Counted from the whole stretch's first letter, positions 38,703-52,158 are shown. The stretch is 63,765 nt of DNA, filler included, from Basidiobolus ranarum (GCA_040143965.1; 32 parts of 32 records of this genome joined end to end with filler, not necessarily neighbours in it); one strand, 5' to 3'. Notes: generated by a model not told the origin, from the sequence alone. Numbers and translations are program-made.

Positions 38703-39094
38703 ATATTACATCAAATTCCAACATCAATAAACCCCTTTATTTGCCATTCAAAAATTATTTTTTGGCAAAAATTGTTGAAAATTAATAACACATGCCAAAT
38801 ATAAAGAAACTTCTGAAGAAGAAAGTAATGATGGCCAATTTGACATAGTATAAATTGTTTCCAAGTTAATTCATTGTTTCAACTTAATACTGGAATATTT
38901 CAATATCATAGAAAAAACATCCCCAATCCAAATCAGTGTTGGATTTTACATATTACCCAATGTGCCAAATGTATACCTTTCTAGCAATAGTGCATGTGAA
39001 AAGATTACAGTTGCCAATGACATATTCAATCTATAAAAAGGCAAAGCTCAGGTGAAAAACCATCAGAGTTGTATTAAACTTTTAACACCCATTA

Positions 39095-39873
39095 TTAACC
39101 AATTGATATTCTATCATCAGGTAAGTTGGTAAAATCCAAGTTTGATTATCAATCAAAGCTTGAAACTCATCAGCCATTGCAGATCTCCAAAATTTTGTGT
39201 GAGGGTCATTCAGGTCCTCTTTTACAGTCTGTGGTTCATGTATTTGAGCTGTGCAGGCATAGGCCCATTTTTGAGACTCATTGATATAGTAAACATGGAT
39301 ATTTCTAATCCAATTTGATCTCCTGGTTTAGAATAAAGGTACTACTGCTCCTGGGATTGTATTGAGCACTTTGGTAGGCAGAAATTTGGTGGAAGAGTCC
39401 ACAGGAATGCTATTTTCTTCATTGTTTTGGTTTGAAGCAATTTGAATGATTGGATCATAAGAAAATTGATTTTTGTAATCATCTGAGGTCATTTAGGGGG
39501 AAGATTTTTTATTTTGACAAAACCAAACATCTCTAGACTTGATTAACTTGGAATTTTTGGTATCATAGAGTCTGTAGGCCATAGTTTCAGTACAATAACC
39601 CAGAAAAATGCATTTCTTACTTCTTGGATCAAATATAGACCAATTTTTGGCCATAATTTTGACATAAGCAATGCATCCAAAGATCCTCAAATGTTTTACA
39701 TCAGGTTTGACTCCAAACCAAGCTTGATCTGGTGTAGAGTGACAGACTTCTAGTAAAACTCCTATTCTTCAGACATACAGCTGTAGCAAGAGATTCTGCC
39801 CAAAAGTTATGAGATAAATTTTGTGCATTTCTCATAAATCTTGCCATTTCTAGTATAGTCCTGTTAGCTCTTT
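39095..39873 (-). mobile_element. Decayed Copia integrase C-terminal region
   Basis: LRIFGCIAY...FDPRSKKCIFLGY. Confidence 0.9.
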
Positions 39874-40399
39874 NNNNNNNNNNNNNNNNNNNNNNNNNNN
39901 NNNNNNNNNNNNNNNNNTTAATTAATTAANNNNNNNNNNNNNNNNNNNNNNNNNNNNNNNNNNNNNNNNNNNNAAGTGATATTTGACTAAATAATGTTGA
40001 CTAACTAATATGTGATATATGAAATAGTTAGGTGTATAAAGATAGGGATAACATATATGATAAAGACAATAAACTTCAACATAAATAAGCCAAGATGGAA
40101 ATAAAATTGGTAGGGGAGTCAATTAAGTCCTTTTTGTTAAAGTATTTGGGAGCCTATTGGAAGTGGTTTGGAGAATTAGAGAAATTGGTAGTTTTCACTT
40201 ATTGATTTATTCAGTAGAAAGTTGATATTTATACTTTTGCCAAGATGTCAGCAAAATATTATACACAATATGTTAAGGAAGGTCCCAGGGACATGTGTGC
40301 AAAGTTTGGGGCTTCTAGCACAAGTTTAAAAAATCTATATATATGAAAACTTCTAAGTTGGTAAAAATGTTCAAAATAAATTCTTAAGGGAGATGAAAA

Positions 40400-41349
40400 G
40401 CACCTGGTGGTGTGGACTTTATTTAGATTTTATACTAATCTAAACAAAGTGACAATCACAATATCAATCTTTGAAGATATTGTGACAAAACTGGATCATA
40501 TCCATTCTTAACTTGATGCTCAATGTAATCAAGTTCTGAGGATGTAAATCTAGTGTTAAGGGTCAAAGGTGGTAAGCAGAATGGAAGGTACTCAGTACAA
40601 ATTAAATAGACAAAAGGACAAGAACCTGGAATACTGGGGATCAAGAAAGTTGTCTTACAAGCAAGGTATTGCTTCCAAAGGTCTAGCTGGAAGTCTATAG
40701 CAACAATTTTAGGCTGTTTGGTTTCATGCAGTTGTAAAGCTAACTCAGAAACAAGAGGAACATCTTATATCCATTTCCAACATGATAGTTCATTTGAAGA
40801 TGGTGTGGCTAGCCACTTCTTAATCAGTGGACTTCTGCAGTTATTTAGTTAGAGTAGAAATCTTGCCCAGAGTGGCACTACTCTAATATGATATGGGAGG
40901 AATCCAAATGTTCAACATAGAGCATTATTGTAGGGAGTCTAAGGAAAGTCAGTCATCAGCAGCCTGAGGCAGTAGCTGAAGAATCTATTGAGCTTAGAGT
41001 GGTCCCCTTGGTAGAGAGGAAGCAGATATACTCCATATTCCAGAACTGGTATCACAAACCACTTGAGAAGTCTCTGATAGCCATGATAAGATGTATTGGG
41101 TGGTGTAACTCCAAGTAACTTATGAACAGTCTGTTTAGCCAAGGTAAGTCTAACTGACAAGTGTTTCTTCACATCAATGCCAGTTTGAGTAAATGGGAAG
41201 CCAAGATCTGTTGCACCACTCATTTGAGGAAGCTGAGTATCAAACAAGATAATAGTACAACCAAGTGGAATTGTTTTCGCAATGGAAAGCTCCAAGTTAT
41301 TTTCTGACAGATACCTCTGAATGGTTGCAGTATCCTGCTGGGGCTGCAA
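40400..41349 (-). mobile_element. Decayed non-LTR (LINE) RT C-terminal region
   Basis: DLGFPFTQTGID...HLSVRL, LLKWFVIPVLEYG resemble LINE RT thumb motifs. Confidence 0.65.
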
Positions 41350-41966
41350 AGTACCCTAACAAAAATAAAATTGATGTGATCTGGATCAGATCTTGTTGGC
41401 TTTAGGCTACAGCTTTCCTAGAAATTGTTGAAGTTTATTGTCTTTATCATATTTGTAAGCTCTATATTTATACACCTAACTATTTCATATATCACATATA
41501 AGTTATTTAACATTACTTAGTCAAAAATCACTTAGCTGAAAATCAGAACATATATTATATATATATGTGAATAATGTGAGAATTAGTGTTGTGTCCAAGA
41601 GAAAAGTGGATAAAAAGTCTTGAACTTTACTGAACCAAAGAAACAGTTAAGTGCAGAATCTTAGAACTGTTTTAGCAAGATATATCAGCAGAGCAGATCT
41701 AACTAATATATGTCTTGGGATTAGCAGTGGGTTGCTATGTTACAGTAGAGAGTAGGTTTGCTAGGCAGCTAGGCTTGGTGTTCTGTAGGTGCTAGTGGAT
41801 ACTAGGCTTGGATAGAAATGAGAGAGGAATATTGAATTTGTTGAGAAACACTGAGAAGTGTTAATANNNNNNNNNNNNNNNNNNNNNNNNNNNNNNNNNN
41901 NNNNNNNNNNTTAATTAATTAANNNNNNNNNNNNNNNNNNNNNNNNNNNNNNNNNNNNNNNNNNNN

Positions 41967-42242
41967 TTATTTAGTAGAAAGTTGACATTTATAGTTTTAT
42001 CAAGATGTAGACAGACTAACATGTAGAATGTGTTAAGGAAGGTCTCAGAAATTTGTGTGCAAAGTTTGGGGCTTCTAGCACAAGTTTGAAAAATCTATAT
42101 ATCTGAGAACTTCTAAGTTGGTAAAAATATTCCAAGTAAATTCTGATTGAGAATAATGGATAACATCTTAGTGAATTATAAGATAACTAAGCACTAGGCT
42201 ATATATGACTATATACATGTTTAGGCAATGCTAATTTCAACA
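41967..42242 (-). repeat. LTR family A, partial
   Basis: Matches 24580-24927 and 53253-53600. Confidence 0.9.
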
Positions 42243-42479
42243 ATAAGTAACAATGGAACATGGCACAATGGACTTACAAGTCAGTAGCTCATAGAAAAAC
42301 AAGTATAGAGTACTTGCAATATATCTTTTCTACACATTTAGACAATATGATGAAATTTTCCTGAGTGACAGTGGCTTGTGAAATAGGAATAACTGTATGA
42401 AATAGCTGTATTATGGTAAAGCAGTAAGCTATTTATCCTAACTAATAACTTAAGTATCATATTGTAATACTACGTATTA

Positions 42480-43625
42480 CATAATCCATAGAGAGTACTG
42501 AGGCCTCATTGATAGAAGAGCAACAGGATCTCAAAAGATGAGTACTCACCAGAGTAGAAAAGGAATAAGAAATATTGCGGTGTGTAGTGGCAATACTTGA
42601 TTTACAAGGGTCAGGTATTCCAACAGTGTGATGCAATGAAGTCAAAATTCACTTGCTGTTAGGAATAACCATTATCTCTTTCTCACAGATAATTGCTAAC
42701 AGCTTCGTGGTTTCCGAAGATAGTAATAACGAATCTCCTACTTGGTGTAGACAAACGAACTGAGTATCTTGGTCAAGTGACAAAAAGAGTAAAGCTACAA
42801 AAGAATCCACCGGGTCACCAGTTGCAGCAACGCCTTTACTTCTGTCACATTGGATTAATCAACTATTGGTAAGCAGTAGTCGATATGTAGGAGAGCTGCT
42901 TGTATACCAAAGAGACCTGTCATTATACTAATTCCGATGCGCTAGCTATAAGACAGTCCATCTCGCTATCACAACTGCAGCAAAAGCATTGCTTCCCGCC
43001 TTTGGCTTCAGATGAAATCCATATCATAGTGAAGTATACAATCTCGCAATCATGTCAGAGAAAGCTTACCTCTTCTCTGTATACAAACCCCAAGTCTTAA
43101 CGGAGACCTATCAAATACAGAGAATATTGGATTAGTACCGCGATATTCGAAGGAGTGCTCACAAATATGGTGTATATGTCCAATGACTGAAGAGTGATAC
43201 GAGTGAGAGTGCCCACCGAAATGACTGTAGTGGCCATTCTAACGAACAATCCTTTCCACTGCTTCTCAAAGCCTCGCCTACTCCAGCCGGTTCTTCTCAA
43301 GTGTTTTCAATGATATCTCCTCATCTTGACGGACAATGAGTGAAATAGTTCGAGGAACGTAGCCAACGTGTATGAATTACCCAGCATGTGGAGAGCAGAG
43401 AGAATACTGTTCTGATCACCACCTCTGTTTCGCTTCTGAATCCCCTCGGAGTACACCTTAGAGATGATCTTCTGTTAATATGGCTTGTTATGGAGCAAGA
43501 ATTACCTTCTTTGGGGAGGTAGCCACGACTGAATCCGCCTCAATTGTAGAACAGCCGAGCCGAAACCTGGTCTGTTGGGAATGTCTGTCCTAATGCGATG
43601 GAACTTGTTCTAGCAATAGTGGAAA
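42480..43625 (-). pseudogene. Probable multi-exon pseudogene of unknown family
   Basis: Short GT-AG introns join exons such as ATSPKK|VYSEGIQKRNRGGDQNSILSALHML|DEEISLKTLEKNRLE*ARL*EAVERIVR*NGHYSHF, with in-frame TAG/TGA stops. Confidence 0.45.
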
Positions 43626-43959
43626 GAACTTGTTAACAATAGGCCAATGATAGTGTACTAGATGAAATCAGACCTGGGTCTTACTAACCCTAGAACTCTC
43701 AAGCACAACCTCCTTACCGTTATCCTTTAAGGATAGTCCTTTGGTGAGATACTGTGGGCATTCGGAGACAATTATGGCCAACTGAGTTGGGTTTCTTAGA
43801 CAAATAAGCCCTATAGGCCACGCTTAACTAAATCTTCAATCCGGAAAAAGGGGTGGTGGNNNNNNNNNNNNNNNNNNNNNNNNNNNNNNNNNNNNNNNNN
43901 NNNTTAATTAATTAANNNNNNNNNNNNNNNNNNNNNNNNNNNNNNNNNNNNNNNNNNNN

Positions 43960-45770
43960 TGAGAGGAATTGGTGGTTTTCTCTTGTTGATTTTTTGAGTA
44001 GAAAGTTGACATTTATAGTTTTGTCAAGATGTAAATAAACAAACATGTAGAATGTGTTAAGGAAGGGCCCAGGAACATGTGTGCAAAGTTTGGGGCTTGT
44101 TGCACAAGTTTGAAAAATCTATATATCTGAGAAGTTATAACTTGGTAAAAATATTCTAAGTAAATTCCAATTGAGAATAATTGATAATATCATAGTGAAT
44201 TACAGGATAACTAAGTACTAAGCAATGTATGAATACATTAGTGTTTAGGCAATGCTAACTTCAGCTCTTACCTAATGATTTAAGATCAATTTATTGCCAA
44301 TGAGTTTTTAAAATCAAATAATGCTCTGATGGCAATATAGAATGATACAAAGCTAGACTAGTAGCCAAAGGCTCTTCCCAAATATGGGAAATAGATTATG
44401 CAGAAACCTTTGCTTCAGTAGCAAAGGTTATTTCAATTAGATTGATTTTATCAATTTAAGCAAAATGCCAGTTTGTTCTTTATCAGATGGATGTTAGAGC
44501 TGCTTTTTTGAATGATGAGGTTGCTGAGGAGATCTATATGAATTGGCCAGATGGATTTACAGGCCCAGAAAGCCTTAAGAAAGTTTGCACACTCCAGAAT
44601 GTAATCTGTGGCTTAAAGTGATCTCCAAGTGCATGAAATAGCATGATAGACATGTTTTTGGAAACACTTGATTTCAAAGGAGTAATGCTGACTATAATAT
44701 CTACTTCAGGCTAGGTAAGACAAGCCCAGTTTTATTAGTCTTGTATGTAGATGACCTTATTATAGCAATCAATGACTTGAAGACTTTGGTGAAAATCAAA
44801 TCTCACTTATCTGCCAAATTCAAATGACCAATCTTGGTGAACTGACATGCTATCTTAGGATCCAAACTAAGATGGATAGAGCTACCAAAACCATAACTTT
44901 CAACCAGTCTATGTATATCCTAGATATTCTAAAAACACTTAAAATGGAACAATATAATCCAGTATATATCCCAATGGAGACAGATCTCAACTTGATCAAA
45001 AATAGCCTAAATTGAATATACTTGGATTCAAATGAAAGCCTGAAATTTCCTTATTAGTCTATGGTTGGTGGTTTGATATATATATTATGGTTGGAACGAG
45101 GCCAGATATTCCATATTCTGTGGGAGTTATGTGCCAAAATCTTCAAAATTATGGATCTGATCAAATCATAGCAGTTAAGTGTAAATCTTGACAAACTATA
45201 ATTGTCAACTTTCTACTTTGTAAATCAATAGGTGAAACCCACATATTTCTCTAATTCTCCAAACCACTTCCAACAGGCTGCCAAATACTTTCACATCTAT
45301 ATGGTATATATAGTAGAGCATCTAATTTGGCAGCCTGTGTAGCCTGATATTGATCCAAATTCATTAAAATTGTGTTCATATAAAATGCAGCTTTGAGAAA
45401 TTCAAGATCTAAGATTACCTATCTTATTTATATAGAATATGTTGAAGTAATTTGAGAGTTTGTATGAAGTGGTTTGAAGATCTAGAGGAACTGATGGTTT
45501 TCACTCACTGATTCAACTGGTAACCAGTTGACATCTATAGTGTTGTTAGCAGATGAACAAACTAGCATGTTGAATATGTTGAGGAAGGTCCCAGGAATAT
45601 GTGTACAAAGTTTGGGGCCTATAGGACAAGCTATCAACATCTGCTAATCTTCAAACTTCCAAGTAAATTCCTCTTCAGAATAGCAAGTGATATCTTGGTT
45701 TAAAATGAAATAACTAAATACTATGGTATATATGACTACATAGATGTTTAGGCTATACTAATTTCAACAT
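43960..45770. mobile_element. Decayed Copia RT (+, 44265-45180) flanked by family A LTR pieces
   Basis: QMDVRAAFLN, LVLYVDDLII; LTR pieces at 43960-44263, 45183-45295 and 45440-45768. Confidence 0.88.
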
Positions 45771-45952
45771 CTTACCTGTAAAATGTGTTGGAAGCATACT
45801 CAGGCAAGTTTGCATTGTTAGTATATAGTAGTATCATTGCGGGATAACTCTGNNNNNNNNNNNNNNNNNNNNNNNNNNNNNNNNNNNNNNNNNNNNTTAA
45901 TTAATTAANNNNNNNNNNNNNNNNNNNNNNNNNNNNNNNNNNNNNNNNNNNN

Positions 45953-46269
45953 TGAGCCCAAAGTGCCCCAGTGGCATCCCAGAACTGTTGGAATTGGGCA
46001 GGCATTGCACCATATCTGGTAGGAATACCGAAGAAGAACCCATCAGCTTCTGTCAGCATATCTGGTGTGATGACTAGGATGTCTGGCTTGGGTGGGGCGT
46101 GCAGCTTAGCAAGGATTTCATTCGATAGGGTCTCAGGAACCTGGTAGATAGTGACCTCGATGTTGCCACTCTTTTCAATTCCCTTCTTGACTGATTTGGC
46201 CAACTCGTAGATATGGCCATAGACAGTGTAGAGGATGATGTAAACCTTGGTTTTAGATTGGGTGGCCAT
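45953..46269 (-). CDS. WrbA/Pst2-like flavodoxin NAD(P)H:quinone oxidoreductase, 5' part (downstream tandem copy)
   Basis: MATQSKTKVYIILYTVYGHI...QVPETLS...ADGFFFGIPTRYGAMPAQ. Confidence 0.93.
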
Positions 46270-47385
46270 TTTGTATACTTGCGATATTTTATCTGTAAAT
46301 GAGAGAGAAGATATTTTGAATTGTGAGTTGATTAAAAAGTCGGTCGACACGCGATATTTATTTCAAATTGTTTACTCAAGTGTTTCCAATTATCCGAAGG
46401 AAGAACATAAAAATTAATGGATAAATATTCTATATATAGATTGTTAATCCGGGGGACTTGGTATCGCCCAATTCAATTATGTAGCAATAAGTTCGATAAA
46501 TTAAGAGGATTGATGATTTACTCTATCAATACCTACATACCGATGTGCTGTATTGAATTACTCTTAATCTCTTGGATAATGATTTCGACATATAATAGGC
46601 AATTATAAATAATCTTGTGTTTTGTTCATTATTTTCACTCATCCAGTGGGCCTAAACAGTTTATTTTGTTACGAACCAGCAAATTCTCGACGCGTGGTTT
46701 GATAGTAAAGAAACTTATTAGAAAGACATCTCGACTTGAAGAGGTACAAATTATGGGACGTTTGTTGGCAAACTGAGTTCTTCAAAACATCTAACGCTAT
46801 AAAAGTGCTATTATGGTACATAGAAAATAACTTTTTGGCAAGTTCAACTTGATCTAGGATCTCTTTAAACACACTCTTCTCTGCTACTTGGAGCAATGTG
46901 TGACTCAATACAGTCGCACCATAGCTTTGCCCTTCCAATTAATCGATTCTAGGGGCTTCAAAATAATGTCCAAAGGATAAATACACTTTATATGTCTTAT
47001 TATTCCGAGTGATTTAGCACGATTTGCCAAGTTGCTAGTCGTTATCATGATTTCGATTGAGTCAAATAATTTCTTATTTACACTTTTTGCACAAGAATGG
47101 CGATATGTAACACAAAAATATATAAAATTGACTTACTTCAAATATACCATTTTAACTCATGTAAAGGATTAAAAGCATTGCCACGCTTCATATCGCAGGT
47201 AAATATAAGTACCTACATAACGTATGATATAAAACGCCAAGTGATGAATTACTGTTCATTTCGAATTTTTTTTCCATTTATTTATCATATCAAAATATTC
47301 TTTTGAACTAATAATGCAGTTAAGAATATAACAACGAGATTACTATAGTACATAATTTTCCCTACAAAGGAAATTGGTGTGATAT

Positions 47386-47844
47386 CTAGGCAAATATCTT
47401 TTTAAGGAATGACTTCTTCTTGGCCACTTCAGCCTTAGCTGGAACTTCTTTGACCACGATCTTCTCAACAATTTTCTCTACTACTTGAGGCTGAGTGTGA
47501 CGCAACACAATCTCACCATAGTTTTGTCCTTGCGACTCGGCTACTTCATGCTCCTTCTGGGATGGCATACGAGATCCATCACTGTTGGTAATGGTGCCTG
47601 ATCCCCAAGGACCGCCACCAACTATCTCTGAGTTGTCAGTGAGATGAGGTGAAGCAAATCCATTGGGAATGTAGATCATTCCGTGATGAACGATAGTGGT
47701 TAGGAAGGTGAAAGCGGTTGTCTCTTGGCCACCGTGTTGAGTAGCAGTAGAAAAGAAGGTGGCGGCAAACTTATTACGAAGAGCTCCTTGAGCCCAAAGT
47801 GCACCAGTGGCATCCCAGAACTGTTGGAATTGAGCAGGCATTGC
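47386..47844 (-). CDS. WrbA/Pst2-like flavodoxin, 3' part (upstream tandem copy)
   Basis: FWDATGALW...FFSTATQHGGQETT...HHGMIY...GGGPWGSGT...DGSRMPS. Confidence 0.93.
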   Translation of the reverse strand, partial: AMPAQFQQFWDATGALWAQGALRNKFAATFFSTATQHGGQETTAFTFLTTIVHHGMIYIPNGFASPHLTDNSEIVGGGPWGSGTITNSDGSRMPSQKEHEVAESQGQNYGEIVLRHTQPQVVEKIVEKIVVKEVPAKAEVAKKKSFLKKIFA

Positions 47845-47944
47845 NNNNNNNNNNNNNNNNNNNNNNNNNNNNNNNNNNNNNNNNNNNNTTAATTAATTAA
47901 NNNNNNNNNNNNNNNNNNNNNNNNNNNNNNNNNNNNNNNNNNNN

Positions 47945-48959
47945 ATGGCTATACTCAGAACGCTGATGTTTTTTCGAAAAAAACCAGCGCGTTGAGGAGA
48001 TCTTGCGAAGAGTTTGGAGACTTTGGTTAGTTTGTTGGTTGTTTGTTTCTCTTCGGTGAGTTGGTATTTACAATGATTTCTAGTGTATGTCTCTGCTCCA
48101 CACTCGGCTATCCCTTCTAATGATAGTGGCTTGTATACACCTCAGGCCACGTCAGGTTAGTACTACACCACAGATTTCTAAGGTGCAAACTATGTATGTT
48201 TACTCTACGCTTTGCTTTAGATTCTCTTAGAGTCTGGTATTTTACCAAAACCGAGGAAAATGTAGTTTATGACAAACTCGACGAATCTCTGGAGTTTCTC
48301 AAGGACGTTTTGAATACCGAGGTGCCCTTTTTACTTGACTATATTTACTTTCGAATACGTACTTATGAAAATATTTTCTGCAAAATATAGGGTCCCTTTG
48401 ATGGAATCATAGGCTTTTCTCAAGGTACAAGATTGATATACAATTTCGACAACGATCGAAACTAGACTAAGTGGTTTTTTACTTTAAATTAGGTGCAGCT
48501 CTGGCTGGTATTCTTAGCGGTTTATTGGAGCATAGAGAAGGCTCGATCTTTCAAACCTGCACTCAACCAGCATTTCGCTTTGGTGTTTTCTTTGGAGGTT
48601 ATAAATCAGCACTTCCAGAACATGGTTCTCTTTTTAACCCTCCATTGAAGTGCCCTAGTCTTCACGTTATTGGTCTTTACGATGCTGTGATATCCAAAGG
48701 TGAGTTCGTGAAGTAACTCTCTTTACAAACCTTTCTATTAATCTTTTGCATGTCATTAGAGAGAAGTGAAGAACTTTCCAAATGCTTCCAAAGCTCCACA
48801 GTTTTGTACCATGAAGGAGGGTATGTATCGTTGTACACCACGTTCTATCTTAATTGAAATTCATCCTGATTCAACTGATTTTCTAGTCACTTTGTCCCAG
48901 CAAGTCCAGGGATTAAAAAGGACTGCGTAAAGTTCCTCCGACAATTCTCGGAGTTGTAA
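47945..48959 (+). CDS. FSH1/OVCA2-family serine hydrolase, multi-exon, 5' truncated
   Basis: HGYTQNA, GPFDGIIGFSQ|GAA, SLHVIGLYD, HEGG|HFVP across about 6 short GT-AG introns. Confidence 0.92.
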
Positions 48960-50966
48960 TACCCTGTATTCGGTTAAACAGTTAAATCACAATATTCCCA
49001 TCCCTCATTATGATTTTATATGTTGTTCCCGAGGCTCTTCTAATTACCATCCTTGTTCACCCCGTTCTTCTTCGTGGTAACTTGGCCTCTTCTGGACTAC
49101 GTATATATACACTGAAGAATCCTTTCATAGAGATTCCTTATCTCCGCTCAATATGACGTAAATAGGTGTCTTCTTCATAATATTAATAAACCAGGTGTGA
49201 AGAAATCGAGTAATAGCCATGTAGGCATACTATGTCCAATTCCAGACCAGAACTAGACGAGTTTCTATCCAGAACAGTATATATTAATATATATGCAGGG
49301 GAGTTAAGGTTGGGGCTCTATCCAACTCTTGGGCCACGTTTATCAACCATACGTAAAGAGAACGTGTTAGGTGAATCCATTAAAATGACGTAGCATTAAG
49401 GCGAATGTTAAGCAGAACTGGTTTTCTGTAGCAATTCACCGTGATCAGTACTGGGTTAATTCTCGATTGAAGCGATCACTCTTCGTTGTATGAGTAAACT
49501 AGTATGAAACACCCCTCACCCTAAGGGGGAGGCAAGTAAGTATTTATCGAGATCTGGAATATCCTTGTCTACCATCCTCAAAGCGTGGAAATTTAGATCG
49601 CATTCAACAACCCACTTACTAGTATTTATTGTTGCAACGATCATCCTGACTCATGAAGATTAATCAGGCGTCTAAAATATAATTTCGACAAGATTAAACA
49701 CAGTAATACGTCAGGCTATGCCTCACAAAATATACACATCCCACAATTTCTTCCTACTCATACTTGGTACTTGATACACCATCAGCCTTGAATCAAGGAG
49801 CTCCTATATGACCGTTCTACAGAGTAGCGCATTCCNNNNNNNNNNNNNNNNNNNNNNNNNNNNNNNNNNNNNNNNNNNNTTAATTAATTAANNNNNNNNN
49901 NNNNNNNNNNNNNNNNNNNNNNNNNNNNNNNNNNNGTATTGCATTCATAATCATCGTATTGCATTCATAATCATCGTCTAGAAATGGGTGATAAAAGCAA
50001 ACCACATTTAAATATATAGAGAAACTGTTCACGTTACACAATATTGAAGCCTTTATTCATAGGTGATATGCATATTTGAAAACTCCATTTTTTATTGCAA
50101 TGTTATTTATTGGCAAGTGTTTAACATGCCTCAGCTCTAATGTTGATCTAGGTTTTATAATGCTAAAATAATTAGATAGTATTTCTTTCAGCAAATAATA
50201 CAACAATTGATTTCATGTATGTAACTCACTTTGTTATTAATTTAGCAAACATTCTCTAATCATGGAAATCCCTTTAAAAAAGAGCATAGTAGTTTTCGAG
50301 GCTGGAGGTATTGATAAAAGGGTAGTCTGGTGATCAGAACCACTATTATGGATAATTCGAATATGTACAATGGATAAAGATATTGTTGAAGTGTTAAAGC
50401 TCAGCACCTAAATGTTCCTATATCGTGTATAGTATACTATAATGCATATTTACTGAATATTCAGATTGGAATCTTAACATGTATTCTGGAGATATTGGAG
50501 AAACGTTGAGAAAAGCTAAATTCTTCTCTTCATATGTTAGCTTCCTTAGTACCATAGTAACACACATATATGGTCGTTATTCTTCAACACTAGTGCAAAT
50601 CACTTGTTTCCTCTAATTATCCTGGACACTCTCAAGGGTTAGGGTTAGGTTATCCCAAATACTTCCCATGGATATCTTTGAACTTCTAAGTAAGTTCCGA
50701 TTTCGAGTAGTGAGTGAGATCTTAGTTCAATATGGAATAACTAAATACTAAGCTATATATGACTATATAGATATTTAGACTATGTTAACCTCAACAGTAT
50801 CCACGTTGGCAGCCACAAATGTCAGTGTTTTATTCTGCTTGGCAACTTCACAGTGGGGGCCCTGTATTTGTGACCTTTTCCAAGTCTTTCTGTAAAATGA
50901 GTATGCAAGAATGCATTATACTAAGGGAGCCAAGTCAGATAAATTATGACCAAATGGCACTAACTG

Positions 50967-51286
50967 TTGAATTAACTTGGGAGTTGTTGGAAGTAATTTG
51001 GAGAACTAGAAGAATTGATGGTTTTCACTAACTGATTTATTGAGTGCAAGTTAACATTTATACTGTTTTCAAGAAGTAGATAAGCTAACAGGTAGAATTT
51101 GCTCAAGATGGTCCCAGGAACATACGTGGAAGGCTTGGGGACTTTTGGACAAGTTTGAGAAAATCACATAATCTGAGAGCTTCTAAGTTGGTAAATATTC
51201 ATAGTGAAGATATTGAATGATAACATAGTGTAATTTAGCCAGCTAGCTATATGACTATATAGATGCTTAAGCTATGCCATTTTCAG
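50967..51286 (-). repeat. Diverged solo LTR (family A-related); another related relic at about 50396-50795
   Basis: GGGAG..GTTGGAAGT...GGTCCCAGGAACAT...ATATGACTATATAG similarity. Confidence 0.7.
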
Positions 51287-51927
51287 CACTAACAACAGCA
51301 AAGCAAAGAATAGCATTCATGGTTTCTAATAGAGCCTTTGTTTTGCTACTGTAGTAGTTTACTCCACAGCATTTAGATTATCCCTCGTTCTGCCAATTAG
51401 ACGCAAAATATTGTTAGCTGAGTTGGTATTGTTACATTATTAATTTATATCAATCTACAAATCTTGGATCAGTTTTAAATATTGGTATATACTAACTAAA
51501 AGACGACCAATTATTATATTAGCAACATTCGTTTCACTCCAATCTGGTGTTAGATCTTCAAATATGTCGTTACGTTCATCTAGACATAGGCATAGCATAC
51601 TTTTCGGATAAAAGTTTCAGTCAGGAATCTATATTTAACTTCTCACTATTTCTGCTCCACTTCATTCAAGTACATAGAGTTGAAGAAGCTAACGTGTTGC
51701 TATCCTTGAGTTATGTCAACAACTGAAGAAGTTGACACGTTCAAGTGGCCAGATACGTTACTGCTATTTAAGTATCTTGGAACGAGTGAGATTAGCAACA
51801 AAGTGACGGAACCAAGTACAACAAATNNNNNNNNNNNNNNNNNNNNNNNNNNNNNNNNNNNNNNNNNNNNTTAATTAATTAANNNNNNNNNNNNNNNNNN
51901 NNNNNNNNNNNNNNNNNNNNNNNNNNC

Positions 51928-52158
51928 AGCGAGTACGAGAGAGGTATCTCCCATCAAAATGGTCAACAGGGCTATGCTCGTTCTCGCTATGGCCGCAAAT
52001 ATGAACAAGAGGAGTATGATAATGAATACAAACGTGGTGTTTCTTGCAGAAGTGGTCAACAGAACTATCCTCGCTCTTGCCATGGTCGTCAATACGAGCA
52101 TAACTGTCCTTGTACTCGTTATGGCCGTCAATACAAACAACATCAACAACTCCTGTGA
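51928..52158 (+). CDS. C-terminus of a Tyr/Gly/Arg/Gln repeat protein (5' truncated)
   Basis: SEYERGISHQNGQQGYARSRYGRKYEQEEYDNEYKRGVSCRSGQQNYPRSCHGRQYEHNCPCTRYGRQYKQHQQLL*. Confidence 0.6.
   Translation, partial: SEYERGISHQNGQQGYARSRYGRKYEQEEYDNEYKRGVSCRSGQQNYPRSCHGRQYEHNCPCTRYGRQYKQHQQLL

Noticed and set aside
42480-43625. TAG stop-codon reassignment
   Set aside because: Intact genes here end in TAG (knottin, WrbA-like) and show no internal TAG
49936-49977. 20-bp direct repeat GTATTGCATTCATAATCATC x2
   Set aside because: Contig-edge minisatellite with no further context
50637-50651. GGGTTAGGGTTAGG telomere-like motif
   Set aside because: Only about 2 units, inside a decayed LTR
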